From: Bispira polyomma
Lineage: Eukaryota
Assembly (NCBI GenBank): GCA_965649765.1
Contig: OZ287751.1
Span: forward strand, 16,120,001-16,184,000
Reading direction: 5' to 3'
Length of the DNA: 64,000 nt
The notes below the pieces were generated by a model. The model was not told the origin of the DNA. It worked only from the letters and a program-made list of their open reading frames with translations, and ran no database searches. Positions 1 through 13,313 of this stretch are shown piece by piece; positions within the stretch are counted from its first letter, which is position 1, and every line of letters starts with the position of its first letter. The translations under genes were made by a program, and so were the position numbers.

Positions 1-654
1 AATTTGGACAATGTTTACCAATGCTGAGATAATCCTTATTCATGGTGTTATTTTGCACACATATATCTGTATAATATGTGTCCAAGATCTGCAGGGTACC
101 TGTTGAAGATATAGCTGTAGAAGAATATATCATACAGTTATTAACAACACAATGGCAGAGACAGTAGAACCCACTTTGAAACTGTTCATTTCCGCTGCTA
201 CTGATGTATGCCACTGGGGCCCTCACTCCACCATAATTTGAAATTTCATATAAATTTGTTACTGAGACCTTCACTGCAATGCTAGGTTTAAAGTGGTTCA
301 GCTGTTTCGGCCAGGATACATTTTCATTAACAGTGGTATGGTTGTCAGTATTAATATAGAAATCCTTTACAGTCGAATTGATTGTGGGTCTACAATTACC
401 ATAGCAACTGTTACTCGTTGCACATATTTTATCAGTATTTCCAACATTAACCGAATTGAATTTACAGAATCACTATGTACACATAAATCATTTTCAGAAA
501 CTCGCACGTGCACATTGTTGGCAATGTTCATCTTAACAGAATTATAATGTTCCCTGATTGGGTTGTATTTCTTTTTACTGTCTAAATCATTTGTATAACT
601 GCCCTGCTCAACTTTCAACACTAACTTTCCGCTGATTGGCTGACGGGAATGTCC

Positions 655-2025
655 CTAACGGTTACTTGTTTGTTCAGAATTTTTGTTCAAATTGGACTTA
701 AAACATTTGAATTCTGGATACACTGCATCTTTCCCCAATGTTTTTGAGCAGTGCCAACAAATATGCCTATAATTAGTGTGATCAGTTTTGTAAGAGCATT
801 TCCCATTGTTAAACAATTTGCAAATCATCTTAAACTCATTGGATTTCCCCTTAGACGCCTCATTACTGGTATTATTGTTATTTCCCCCTATTAATGCCAT
901 TTGTGATGCATTCAACCTATTTAGGGCCCATTGCGTTTGATTGTCCCATGTCAGTTGCCCCTCTTCCACCTCTTGCATGCTATGACCCCAGGCCGAGCGA
1001 ACTACATGCCAGGGAAGAGCAGCTGCATCTCTTAGTGTATGGACCACTTGCTGGATCATACCTCGCGATAGCGTCGGATCTGTCACCAATAGGACGTTAT
1101 TAAGTTGCCCGGCTGCCCACTGAGCCAAGGATAGGTCGTCAGAAGTGCGCTTTCTTCTTGTGTTTGCGCCCACCCAGCCCTCGTTCGGCCACCGAAGTTT
1201 TGGATCTGCAGTGGTGACGTCCGAGCTCTTGTAGCGTCTCGACTTTTGTTTAGCAGGTGTCTTACCTTGTAAGATATCTTTCTGGATGCCAGCTTCATAG
1301 CCTGCTAGCTGACTGGCTATTGCTGCTTGTATGGCTGGAATTGCCCGAAGTGTGTCCAACTGTGGTGCGACACCGTCCCTGAGAAATTCTTGCTGAACCG
1401 GAAGTTGTGTGACCAAACCAGGAGTGGCTGATGAAGTGCTGCTGATCTGAGTTGCAGGGATCGTCGTGGGTGGATTCGCCCCAGTAACACCTGTAACCGG
1501 TGTCGTAAGTGTGACTCACTGCGTCTGTGCCGTTTCCACCCTCCCGATTCCCTTGCTCAGTTCGGCGTTCGATGTTTCCAACCTCCTAAGGATAGCCAGC
1601 ATTTCGTTTGAATTATCATGGCTGGTGACTGTATTCGCCAAAGGTTGTTGCCCCTGAGTAGTCGGTTGCAAGGAACTGGTCCCGGGTAACATTGGGAAAC
1701 GTGGAGGTGTGACCCCAGCATAAGTAACGTCTTTCTCTACTGTTTGGTAACCCAGCGTGTTGGGAAGTAACACGTTTGCGTTGATGTTCGAGGACGCACG
1801 TGCTGGTGTGGCCTGAGCATAAGCTGCTTCGATACTGGCAGAGACCGATGAAAAGGGATCTGGAGAGTGGTCAGACGACCTAGAAGCTAGAGCCGTTAAT
1901 TGTGCTTGTACTTCAGAAGCTATAAAGTCTGATACCTGTTGGCCGTCGGCCGTTGGGATCCCCTGTGATTTCTTTGTCCTTGCCTTTGTTGTTTTCGCCA
2001 CGGGTGTCTTCTTGGTCTTGCCCAT
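655..2025 (-). pseudogene. gag-like ORF1 of E1 with one in-frame premature TGA (1516-1518)
   Basis: ORFs 1516..2043 and 655..1416 are in the same frame; ATG at 2025 (MGKTKK); Cys/His zinc finger at the C-terminus. Confidence 0.8.
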
Positions 2026-2058
2026 ATTCACCGTGTAACACACTAAACAAGTTTTTTA

Positions 2059-2391
2059 CTGGATGTATAACAATAAAACAAACTAAAATCAAACAAATAA
2101 AATTTCTATATACATTCCAGCTCTTGAAGTTTTTGTTGTTTCTAGTTTGAATGTCGAGTCAATAATGATTTAAAATGGAAGTGTATGGTCATGGGTGATT
2201 GAATCTTGAATCTGATTGGAAGTGATCGAATAAACAAGAAAATAAAGGTTAGGTATGACCTAGGGTTTTAAGGTAGATATAATCTTATGTTGGACTGAAT
2301 TAACAGACCCCTGAAGTTGTCGTGTTATGCAAAATATCAAGCATAGGCGGTCAAAGAAGACTTGAACTCAGAACCTACGACACCGACTCAC
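2059..2391 (-). other. Predicted spliceosomal intron in the E1 5' leader
   Basis: Donor TAG|GTGAGT at 2391. T-rich tract ttttagtttgttttattgttatacatcCAG| ends at 2059, 33 nt upstream of the gag ATG. Confidence 0.6.
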
Positions 2392-5300
2392 CTAGTAACG
2401 GCTGATCCTTCCCCGCAGAGCTCCGAATTCCCTTAGCAGCCACGCTAAGGGCAAGTATATGGAGGAAAAAATCGCACCGTCACATGGTTCAAAGAACGAA
2501 TCATTCTGAGGCCGACTTGCAAACCCAATACCACACTAAATGTACCCTATAACTAGAGAGGGTGGGTGAGGTAATTTAGCCATGTTTACCCTTTGCTTTT
2601 GGGTTTAAAAATAAAGAGATAGGCAAATTAATAATTGCATTGGCTGATGAATCGGTTTTGAACCCCAATTACCACAATGCATGTGGTCGGTGGGAAAGTT
2701 ACAGTAAAGCGGCTAATTTATACGACTAACAAGTCATGGCCAAAGACAGTGACTCCAGCATACTGGTAGCAGTAAGTTTTAAAATAAAACCTAAACATTA
2801 ACTGTTTGATACAACAAATTTAATCAGACTGGACAACTTGTTTTAGACAAAAAAATATGTGTAATATACTACTATACTCCTATGTTGTATTAATTAATGT
2901 CGTGACTTTATAAAAAATGGAATTTGTTATGAAGAAAGTATTTTGTCATGTGATGGTGTTTACATAATTAAGTTGGCATTAAATGATACCGTATGTACTA
3001 GGAGTTTTGTGTAACAACCTTATGGTGCTCCAATTTATTAACATAATACTCCCAACAACACACCCTTTGGAAATGATTAATTAATAAACCCACTCCAAGT
3101 TTAAATCATGATAAAAATAGTAGAATTACAATATCTATCAACAAACATGCTACAATCATTCCCTATCAGAGCATGACAAAACACACCATTGAACTATTTC
3201 TCCCAATAAATCTCTTCCCCCCCACCTCAATAAACCTAAACTTAAACAAGCACTCCCCCCCTCTCAAAAACAGTAAAATGATGGATAAAAAATTGTTGTT
3301 CTTATCTAGAAATTGGAGGTTAATGCTATTTGATGTGCCAGATATTTGGTGGTAAAGGTTGCAGTCGGGAGTCTCCCCGCAGGGCAATAAGTTTTGCTGG
3401 TCTGAACAAATGCACCATCATGGAGATAGGAGGCCAGTTTGCCCCTCACATAAACCCCTCTTGGCTGGTCCCTTTGCTACTGGAAGAGCTTGAGTTCATA
3501 TTGGTGGGGGCTTTTCTGCTATAGCAACAGTTTTCACCCTAATAAGTCCAAGTGAGGAAATGCTTAAAAATCCTCCCCAACTAAGGATTTCATTCAAGTA
3601 AAGATAAGATTTTTTTTGGGCACAGTTAGTTTGTATTTTAAAATTTAACAGAACTTACAACAGATGCTTAAAATGTATTTGGTTTTGATTTGAATGGCTG
3701 GTGATTTGTGGTGATGTTTGTAAACTTAAACATTACCATTTAATAACAACACATATAATGTACATATTATCGTTTTTTTTATCCTTAAGCTAATCTTCTT
3801 TAGCCATAGAGTCATAATTGATATAAGCAACTTGGGCACAAGTGCTTTGGGTGCTGCTATAAATAGCCACAAATGGCTAATAGTCTTCCATCTTTGATTG
3901 TCGCTTTCCCTCTTCTGCACTCGGGAACCTGAAGCAATTATTGCTTATTGCCAACTCTCTTACAATGCGATGCTTCTTTAAAGTAAAAATGCTGCATTGC
4001 AGTAAGGTTTTTAGTTGTTAACTTATTCTATCATGGAATTAAACTCAATTTGCCACTTGCTTACTTGCTTTGTGCTAAATTCTACCAGGTTATGTAAGTT
4101 AAGAGAAGGTTAGGTCATTCCATATGTGTTTATCTGTTATTTTTCTTAAAAATAGTTATTATCAGCACTAATTTTTTTTCATGTTTTCACTACCTTGTGT
4201 TTGTTGGTTTGTCTGTTAGCAGGATTACAAAAATACTACTGATGCGATTTCGATCAAACTTTTTGACAGGCTAGAGCATGGGGCAAGGAAGGATCTATTT
4301 AATTTTGGCGGATTACATAGCCCCCACCAAATTAGCACTGAGACAAAAAAATGTGAAAAAATAATTTCCTTTGCAGAAATGCGAAAACTACTGAAATAAT
4401 TTTGACCAAACATGGTTGGGGAACTAGGGCGTGGGCCAGGAAAGAATCCATTCAATTGGTTTTGTGTCAATTTTATGTAGTTGACACGGGATGGGCCAAA
4501 ACGTGAAAATATGCATGCTTTAGGATTACGCTTTAGGGGGAACGTGATGCCTGGTGGAGGGAAATTCGCTCTTTGATCTTAGCACCCTTCTCAATATTAA
4601 ATATTTAGATGTCAAATAGCAAGTAGAAACCACAACAGTCCAGATAAGAGAAAAATCCGGTCTAGTGAGAAGTTCTGTTCACATTAACTTTTAACTCTGA
4701 TCCAATGGACTTTTCCTAAGCCCACAGTCATGGTTTTAGCTAGTAATTTCGGGGTGACCTAGATGACCTACAATTCACACTGGCCATACTCAGTTTATGT
4801 GGTTTACTCAATCTAAAGTGATCACCCAGCATGCAAGTTGCATTCTGAACACGCCCCTTGAACCCAATTATAACTCGTTCTTTGTGTGACAAAATAAAAT
4901 GCATTCTTTTAATGATCTTAAATAGTCAATTGTCAGTATACAGTCGTTTGTGGGTCGAGTTGAGAACACATCACTTTCTCTGTAGAATCAATAGGTGGGT
5001 TCTAATTAGGCAATCACATGGTGCTCACAGGGTGATCCGTACACGCGGCCAACTTGACAGGGGTCATCTGTGCGATCCTAGTGATGGATGGCAGTGCATT
5101 GTCAACCTCCCCTGTGTGAGCGATCTATTGCAACAATTCCGGTTCAAAGTTAAATTGTTGCCTCGGTTGTGCACAGCAGTGGGTGCTGGACAGTTGCTAG
5201 ACGCACCCTAGGCCTTTTCAATTCATTCAAAACTCAATCTTGTGGCAATCACCAGTAAAACAGAAATCTCAAAAACCAAATCGCTGAAGTGGGAGGTAGG

Positions 5301-6230
5301 CTTTATAAACATGGATAAAAAATATTTTCACTCTCAGAGTAAGGAAAGAAACAAGAAAGTACAAATAAATTAGCTAGGGATGATAGTTCAATTACCTATC
5401 TGTGATAAATAGAGTGAGATCAACTGTGTGACTTCACCAAATCAGACTGCAAATAAGCAAGAAAAGATCAATGCCCTCAAGTGGAATTCGCAAAGTTCAG
5501 TATAAGAGTACTTTGACTTTGAGAAATGGTCTTATTGACAACACATAGATTAAAAAACCAAATAAGGCAATTTTCTGTCTAGTAAATTTATCTTTTAGTT
5601 TATTTTGTCTTTTGTTTTCTTTTAAAACCTAATGTAAATACCTAGTCCTGACAGATGGTGTAGCTTCAAAGGGTGTTACTCTTAAATGAGATATTATAGT
5701 GACTGATGGGTGGATATTGGCCACTCTGCACTCTAAGCTAGTGTATTTTGGTAACTGTTATTTTATTTTTTTTATTTGTCCCACTATATTGCCAAGTCAC
5801 ACCCATTGATTAAGAATGTAAAATAATGCCTTCTACAATGATACAACTACTTATCAGTATTGCAGTGCACTTTGCCCATAAAGGCAGTTTAAGCTGTGAG
5901 AAATCCTCATTAGTATATATATATATACACATAAATTATGTTAATCAGGACTCTTCAAACCAATTCTGCTATTCCCCACCCTGTGTATGAATACATACAC
6001 TTCCGTGTAGGAATTTATGCATATAAATATTTTACAAAATATAATTCCCCTATATATTATCATTATAGGTTGACAGGTTAAGATGTTAGGAAAATATAGT
6101 ATACTTGTAGGTTGACAGGCGGACAGGTCGACAAAAAGAATTTCTTTTTTGTTTGTTAAAAATTTTAAATACAAAAAAAATAAAATAAAATTATAAATAT
6201 TTGATAAAACATAGTTCTTTACATGTTATC

Positions 6231-6300
6231 TAACCATAACCTCCCTGATTTAACCCTAACCCCTAACTCTAATACCCCTAACCTAGCCCCTAACCCTTAA
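6231..6300. repeat. Degenerate (TAACCC)n telomere-like tract
   Basis: taaccctaacccctaactctaatacccctaacctagcccctaaccc. Confidence 0.55.
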
Positions 6301-6428
6301 GTTAAAAAGGTTAGCAGTGTTATATTTGATGAAAATATAGTTCCTCCATATATTATCTCAATATATATTTTTTATAGTTATATAGTCTGTCATTGGGGAC
6401 AAAAGTTTGTGTGAATTTTCAAGTTTTT

Positions 6429-6459
<31 letters not shown>

Positions 6460-6779
6460 GGGGGGGGGGGTAAAATATGAAAAAAAAATAATAAAAAATT
6501 ATAACCTGTCTATTGGTATATAATATGTATCAATTTTTGACGGAACTACTTTATTTGGTACTACTTTCCAAAATGGTGGCTAGGGTGGGGAATTACAGTC
6601 AAATGTTTACTGTTATGTAAAAAAAAACAGGTGCAGTGCAGGGGGGTCTTAATTGGGTAACAAGTAAAAAGAGGAGGACCTTATAAAATTTTAAACCACT
6701 GGAACAAAGCTTGTATTGCTGATGATTTAAGGATAATATCCAGGGTTTTGAAGTGGGATAGGAGGATGACCAAAAGGTA

Positions 6780-7150
6780 CACATAGTATTGGGAAATTAA
6801 GAAAATTTTACACAATATGGACATGGAAAATAAATATGCAAATATTTTGTCAGTAAACCTAGACATGTGTAAAGAAAAACTAAAAGACATAGAGGAAAAC
6901 TAGTGTTTGTAAAAGTTAAAAACTCGAACTGTACGGATTATAAAAAGCTGCCCCAATGTTGTTAATTTCAAAAATATGCAACAAAGATCGATTTTCGGCA
7001 AAATTTAGAGCTGGTGTCCTCTCCCCTACAAAAAAAAGATAGTCCGATGGCATAACACCCTAGCCAAAAACCGAATATGCAAGCTTTGTTGTCTCGATGT
7101 TGAAAATGAAATTCCTTTTGTCTTTAATTCCCCAATTTATTTTTATAAAA
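6780..7150 (+). mobile_element. Decayed 3' end of non-LTR retrotransposon ORF2 (RTEX-like C-terminal CCHC knuckle)
   Basis: With frameshifts, translates to KFRAGVL..RWHNTLAKNRICKLCCLDVENEIPFVFNSPIY, matching the R-x-C-x2-C..E-x-E-x-H-F..C-P-x-Y motif. Confidence 0.6.
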
Positions 7151-7846
7151 CTTTCAAAAGTATTATGAAGCCAAAATATCGTACATGGGATAACTTCTCA
7201 AGATCTGAAAAATTAAATAAACATATGGAAAAAAAAAGTATCTCGACCTTCAGCAAATATGTTTCAAAAATTTATTAAAATACACAAAAATATGATTACG
7301 GTATATAATATGAATAATTGTTATTGTTTCCTCAATAATTTAACATGTATTTAAGATCTGTAGGCACATGTAGCAAATATATGTGGTATATATGTTTGTA
7401 AATAATTGTTAACTCAGTGTATATATTATTAAAATCAGTGTTAATTAATGTTTCTAAATATTTGTTCACTAATTGTAAAATTGAGGTATAGAGATTGCCT
7501 CATAAGCTCACATATTGTGCTAATAGTAGTAAAAGAACAAGAAAGACCAGACTATTTATCAACATCCCCAAAGATCTTTAACCTGTCACTGGGGATAGGA
7601 CTCATAGTAACAGAGGGCCACCATTTTAAGTGGTCATCTGAACCAATAGGGAAAAGCGTGTACACATTTTCCCCAAAGATGTTATCTCACCAGTACAATG
7701 GAATAGAACCTGGGACCTGCTGATGAAAACACTGATGTCTTAACAAGTCAACACAATTACTCCATCACATGGGTGAGCTCGTTATCAATAGTTTGTCCTC
7801 TGATACCAATAAACGAGCCGTGGGCCTTCACCCCCCCCCCCCCCCA

Positions 7847-7878
<32 letters not shown>

Positions 7879-9008
7879 ACTAATCTCAGTTAAACTGTTG
7901 CCCTCATTACTGACATTTGTGATTAATTACCCCTTTCGTATTTCCTAATTACGCTTCACTTATGTGTTGCTTGAGAATATTGACAAGCAAAGCCATGGGT
8001 ATAATTACTTTAGAACACACCATCGGGAATACCTAATTGCTATCCACACAATTACAGCAACTCATGTGCAAGTTCCTTGAATCACAGTTTTTATCATTAC
8101 AGGTTTAGAGTACTTGTAGTACAAATGTGGAAAAAATGGTAACTTTTACAACTACTTTAGTTTTAATATCAGACCATTCCTCAACTATGATGTACTGATT
8201 CCAGAAATGTAATTCTAGCTGTAATATTGTCCAAGCTCAATGCAACACCTTTTTATGGTTAAACTAGAAATATGACAAGATTATTCAATATTGACAGAGC
8301 TTAACTTTAACTGGTTTTGCTTCCCTTTCAACATATAAGATAGTGTTTTGCAACATCAAGATCCATTAGTTGAGGAAACCAGTACTCTTAAGCTATTTAT
8401 ATTTTTATTCTACGAAATCACTTCCCTACATGAAGGAAATAGTGCTATTCAGTCCATTGTCCTAGGTGCTAGAAAACAACAGCTTTTCCGCCTCAACATT
8501 CATCTGCTGGTTTTATGACTGAACTCTGATCACGAACCTTTCCTCCTATCGGACTATTCTTTTGCATATTTACTTGGATGTAGGCCACATGTACAGGATG
8601 CCTGGTCATCGATTATGTCACTATAGAAGTAAAAACATTAACATCTGAGAGGGTGATAATAATCACACAACAACTTCTACATAACAGTGCATTAACAGTA
8701 AAAACCCTGGTTTCACCAAATCTACGTTTACTTATGTTAATCGCACAAGGGTCCCGCAAATATTTGATATGAAACTTCATGCAAAAGTTAAATAACTCTT
8801 GTAATGCCCCGGTTCCACCGGATTTACTTTAGGACATGTAAGTCACACGCGGCTTTGTAAAATATTTAATGCTAAAGTCCACGCAAAGTTAACATAACAG
8901 TTTTTTCATGTAAAAAGGCATACCAAATTTCTTGCGTAACATCTCCCACATCACATTATGTTCATGCACGGCTACTGTGTTAAACCCTGCAAACACCATG
9001 CAAACCCT

Positions 9009-10058
9009 AATGCTGTGGTCACACTGGGCTTACGTTTCGATTACGCACAAAAAATGGCTAATGTACGGTAAAACGTAAGCAGCAGTCCCTGTGGGTCAAG
9101 GTCAGTAAGTCAGTGAAAGAAGCGAGGGATGCGAAGCATCTAATTTATTACTATTATCATTCTAAATATATATGTATATACAATCATAACACACAATTTA
9201 GATAAAAAACTAAAACACATGATAATAATAATAATCCTACATAGTAAACTACATAAAAGCCCAAAGGATAGTGACCCAGGGGAATTAAGGAGAACATACA
9301 TTTAACTTCCATATGCAATTGGTGTCCCAAGGGGATTACCCCATAACTGAATCTTTCAGACCAAGCTGACAAGCCTGGGTGATATTAAAATGAGTAATAA
9401 AATACTGGTTCCTTTTTTAAGCAACAAGTACATGTGCATAGCACCTAAGTAAAACATTGTTACCATTCCTATATCAAAGTAACCATTACAAGGTCACCTG
9501 ACTCCCATAACATAACCAATACAAACATCGCAAATGGAAACACCACAAACCATGTGACCCATGTTATGTTACATCACCAATATAAACAGAATCGACTATG
9601 TGACCCACGTCACATTACATCACCAATATAAACACAATAAACTGTGTGACCCACGTCACGTTAAATAATGACTATAAACACAATAAACCATGTGACCCAT
9701 GTGAGCGGTGACCAAACTTAGTGTACGTAAGTAAACATAAGCATGCGTGAGTAAGATGGTCCCTTAATATCCCGTTTTTTTAAAACGTAAAAAAATTCAG
9801 ACTGCTCAAAATTTGTTATGTTCTCTGCCATTTTCTGAAAACTATTCTGAAATGGTTGGTTTGTTCGCTGCAAACGTATGACACATATGCAATACCTGTT
9901 TGACTTAAAGGACAGCACTAAAATGAACTATACATCCAAATAATATTAAAAACGAGGAAAATGAGAATGAAACAGATTTAGAAACATGGCTAACATATTT
10001 TAAAATGTGGCCAACGATACAAACATATGTAACGCGAACGCAGCTCAGTTTGACCATG
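9009..10058 (+). mobile_element. MITE-like non-autonomous DNA element (same family as 60610-61190), interrupted by an insertion at ~9075-9715
   Basis: The end aatgctgtggtcacactgggcttacgtttcgattacgcac and the body 9720-10030 match the reverse complement of 60780-61190. Confidence 0.65.
9549..9702. repeat. ~3.3 x 46-bp minisatellite
   Basis: Unit approximately accatgtgacccacgtcacattacatcaccaatataaacacaataa, repeated at 46-bp spacing. Confidence 0.75.
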
Positions 10059-12196
10059 TCATAAGCAGATTAATTTTTTACATGGCATCCAGCATGACAG
10101 CCGGTATCATTATATTAGACTACGACACTTTACGTATGGTCGCGCAAATATTTACATTGAACCACACTACATTCTTGCATCATTTGCGTGTCCAGATTTC
10201 AAACAGTTTGAAATTGAAAATTTGTTGCTTAAGATCTTCCACGTCAGGTTATGTACATACACATATTATATATTAACCCCTGCAAATTTATTTTTAAACG
10301 ACATCCAGTACTGCGGCCGGTGGGACCAGGGTATAGCAACCAGAGTAGCTATAAATCCAGGCAAAATGGTGGAGATTTATTACCACTGCTGTATGACAAT
10401 CGAACTTCAAAGGTATATGCACAAAATGGCTAAGATAAAATATAACTGGTGCATATGCAAATGTTATTTCAAATATATATGTTAAGGTAATAATAAGGGT
10501 TAACCGGTTTTCCCCCAGTAGATCTTCTTTTTAGAGATAGCTTTATGTTAGATTAACATCTCTCTGGGTTTTGATTTCCTTCTAAATCACAGCTTTAAGT
10601 CCAGTTGGGCATATCTTGTAGTAACAGTAAATATTCGGGTTTATATATCCCTGATAAGTAATGCTTTATTTGAACTCCCTTTTTGTAATTTCCTCGGTGG
10701 AGCATTAAACATGACCATTTATAGACCATTTACTATTTATCTCTGGGTTCTAGGATGAAAAAAACAAAACAAATAAACTGCAATTGATAACCATATTAAA
10801 TGAACTGCGCCGTCGACTTACAAATACAGGATGACATACCCTGTAATATGTGATTAATCAGTATGCCTGTTCAGTAGACAAAAACTGTGGCAAAATCTCT
10901 ATTATCCGAACTTCTGTTATGCAAATATTCCATGTTAGTGTATCAATATTAAAATGTGTCTTCTGTTATCCGTACAGGATATAGGATTGTCTGAATGTAA
11001 CATACAAAATTGTAAATTTGAAACAATCTTATTTCATCTTTAAACTATACGTTGCATGATGTTTCTCCGACTATAAAGATTTAATTTTTATAACTTAACA
11101 AACATAAGCAAACAAAAACAGCTTACGTCACAGCTTATGTTACAGCTAAACTATGTAAAAGGGGAAATAAATCTCAAACCATAAGTTTCCAAATAAGAGA
11201 ATATTTTAGGAGAAGCAAGTGAAATTATGTCATATATCTGGGAAAAAAAAAAATCCAAAAATTGTAAATTAAGAAACCCCAGTTTTATAAAGTTACAATC
11301 AGTAATAAAGTATTAAATATTAATAGCACAATACCATCATTTGTAAGTAAGTTAGGTACAAAAAGGTTCACATAACAAGAATACAATAAAGGCTTGGTGT
11401 TCTACAACATAGTAAATCTATTTACTACAAATATGGTGACCATTTTGAAAACACCAGTAATAAGTCTTCCCAAATCCTTCAAAATACGAAACAAAACAAC
11501 TAAAATAAGACATTTATAAGAGTTAATATGTTTACAACTGTACCTTGTATAGAATTTCGGGACACTTCTACAAAACCTTTAAAAAAAAGGTGTCAGTAAA
11601 AGTATGTGTTTAGTAAAGGTACGTGCCTCAAATTCATGGCAGTGTGACTGGTCACACGTACACGTGGTAACGTCCCACAACGTGTCAAAGCAATACAACT
11701 GAAAACGTGATAGTTCGTGTCAAAGTGGTGGGGAAGTGAGGTAGCACTTCTAGTCAGTCGTAAGAATAACCCCATGTTTATAATGCATGGCTAAAGCCAT
11801 CCCCCTCCACTAGTAGCTAGGAATGGACTGGCCCATGTAGTGTTTACACAGTAGTAATGCCTATATAAACCCCTGTATTTGGGGTCCTTTTGTCATAAAA
11901 GTGTTTGCTGTGGAAGTGCTGCCCGATTGGAGTGGAAACTGCAATTTATGCTTGTTTGGCTTTTTATAAAGCTGATTTCTACGTATACTCTTTTCACTTT
12001 TCCATGCTAGGCGTGCTTTAATCACAGAATTTCTTTTCTGTAATTTTATTTCAAAAAGTCATTTCTATTATATGTACCCTCTTCTCCAACAAGTACAACC
12101 TGCAACATCCTGAGTATTTTATTTTACAGAAATTTTAACCAAAGACAATTCAGACTATTTGTAGATAGTGGAATATAATGGTGGCTAAAACGTCAG

Positions 12197-13147
12197 ATGC
12201 TGCTGGAGATTGAAAAGGGCAAGGTAGACTGGAAAAACTTAAGCAAAATTCATGAACTAAGGTCTAGGCTCACCCAGCGCACCCTTAAGGACAATAACCA
12301 AAATGATTCATCTCAAGGTTCTGCTGTAAGTCAAAAATCTAAAGCAAAATCCAATGTCCTCATGTGTATCGCTTTCAATAAAGAGACATGTAGTCAGACA
12401 GACAACCACATCTTTGGTAACATGAAACATGCTTGTTGGAAATGTTATAGTCAAGGGAAGCACATTCAGCTTCATAAGGAAATTAATTGTGAAAAGAATA
12501 ACATGAAATCTAGGGACTCCCACAAGGAAGCCCAAAACTGTAGCCCAATAGTATCTAGGGTTTTTTGGAATAGTAAATTTAGTGGAAAACTGGAAAATAG
12601 TGATTGGGTAAATAATAAAAAGTTGGAAAATGTGTGTAGTAATAGTAAATGTCGTGAATCTGTTAGTGTGGGAACTGTATATAACACCCCGAGGGTGTGT
12701 AAAAAGTTTCATAGTATATGTTGTACAGAGTCTAAAAATGTAAAAGTCGTGGGGCTCCCGCTAAAATTCAAGGACGGGAAAACGAGCCTAACTGGGTGTA
12801 TAGTGGGATTCCCAAGCAAAAGTACTAGCAATTGTTCTATACAAACTGAAAACAATGTCTGTCATAAAAAGATTGTAAATACTAGTAAACAAGTTGGCAT
12901 GGTTCACAAAGGGGTAAAAGTGGTGGCAGAAGTGTCACAATCCCTAGTGAGGGATACAATAGGGATTTCCCCCCCCCCCCCCCCCCCCATTACTCAAGTC
13001 AATGACGTTCAGGGCGAACCCCTTTCAGACCCCCCAAGGTGTTACCATAATGGGTGTGAACAAAAAAAACAACAAAAAAAAACATTCGGGGCTCATCCCC
13101 TCATGGCACTTCATTGTGTCATTCAATCAAACCAAATAAGCCTGTAG
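12197..13147 (+). pseudogene. E2 gag C-terminus (zinc finger) fused to pol N-terminal linker
   Basis: EIEKGKVDW..CIAFNKETC..H..KHACWKC..H..C, then reads through the TAGGGAC junction. Poly-C and poly-A tracts occur near the end. Confidence 0.7.
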
Positions 13148-13313
13148 AGGCTATTGACAAAAAAAAAACACGTGTGGTGTTAAATCAAGTGAAAACTTTG
13201 GATTTATACGTAAATACAATGCGGTTTAGGGTATCCCTGTCACCAGAAATATTATCAGTTGTGACTCGCAGAAACAATGGGCGGTGACACCACACAGGGC
13301 CGTGAGTGCTTGG

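Larger units (their letters stand above)
1..2700 (-). mobile_element. Ngaro/DIRS-like YR retrotransposon E1, 5' half (leader, gag, start of pol); continues beyond window start
   Basis: Gag is homologous to those of E2 and E3 (RWPNEGW..DDLSLAQWAAG..W..EEGQLTW; C-terminal CKLFNNGKC..H..YRHICWHC finger). The 5' motif catggctaaa..ccc..ctag (~2550-2585) is shared with the E2 5' end. Outer boundary approximate. Confidence 0.8.

Noticed and set aside
4858-5211. 117 aa ORF and other 60-130 aa ORFs outside the TEs
   Set aside because: Mostly non-ATG starts, no motifs, and lengths expected by chance; several are antisense shadows of TE ORFs.
6231-6300. True telomere or chromosome fusion site
   Set aside because: Short, degenerate and internal; such tracts are common inside repeats.
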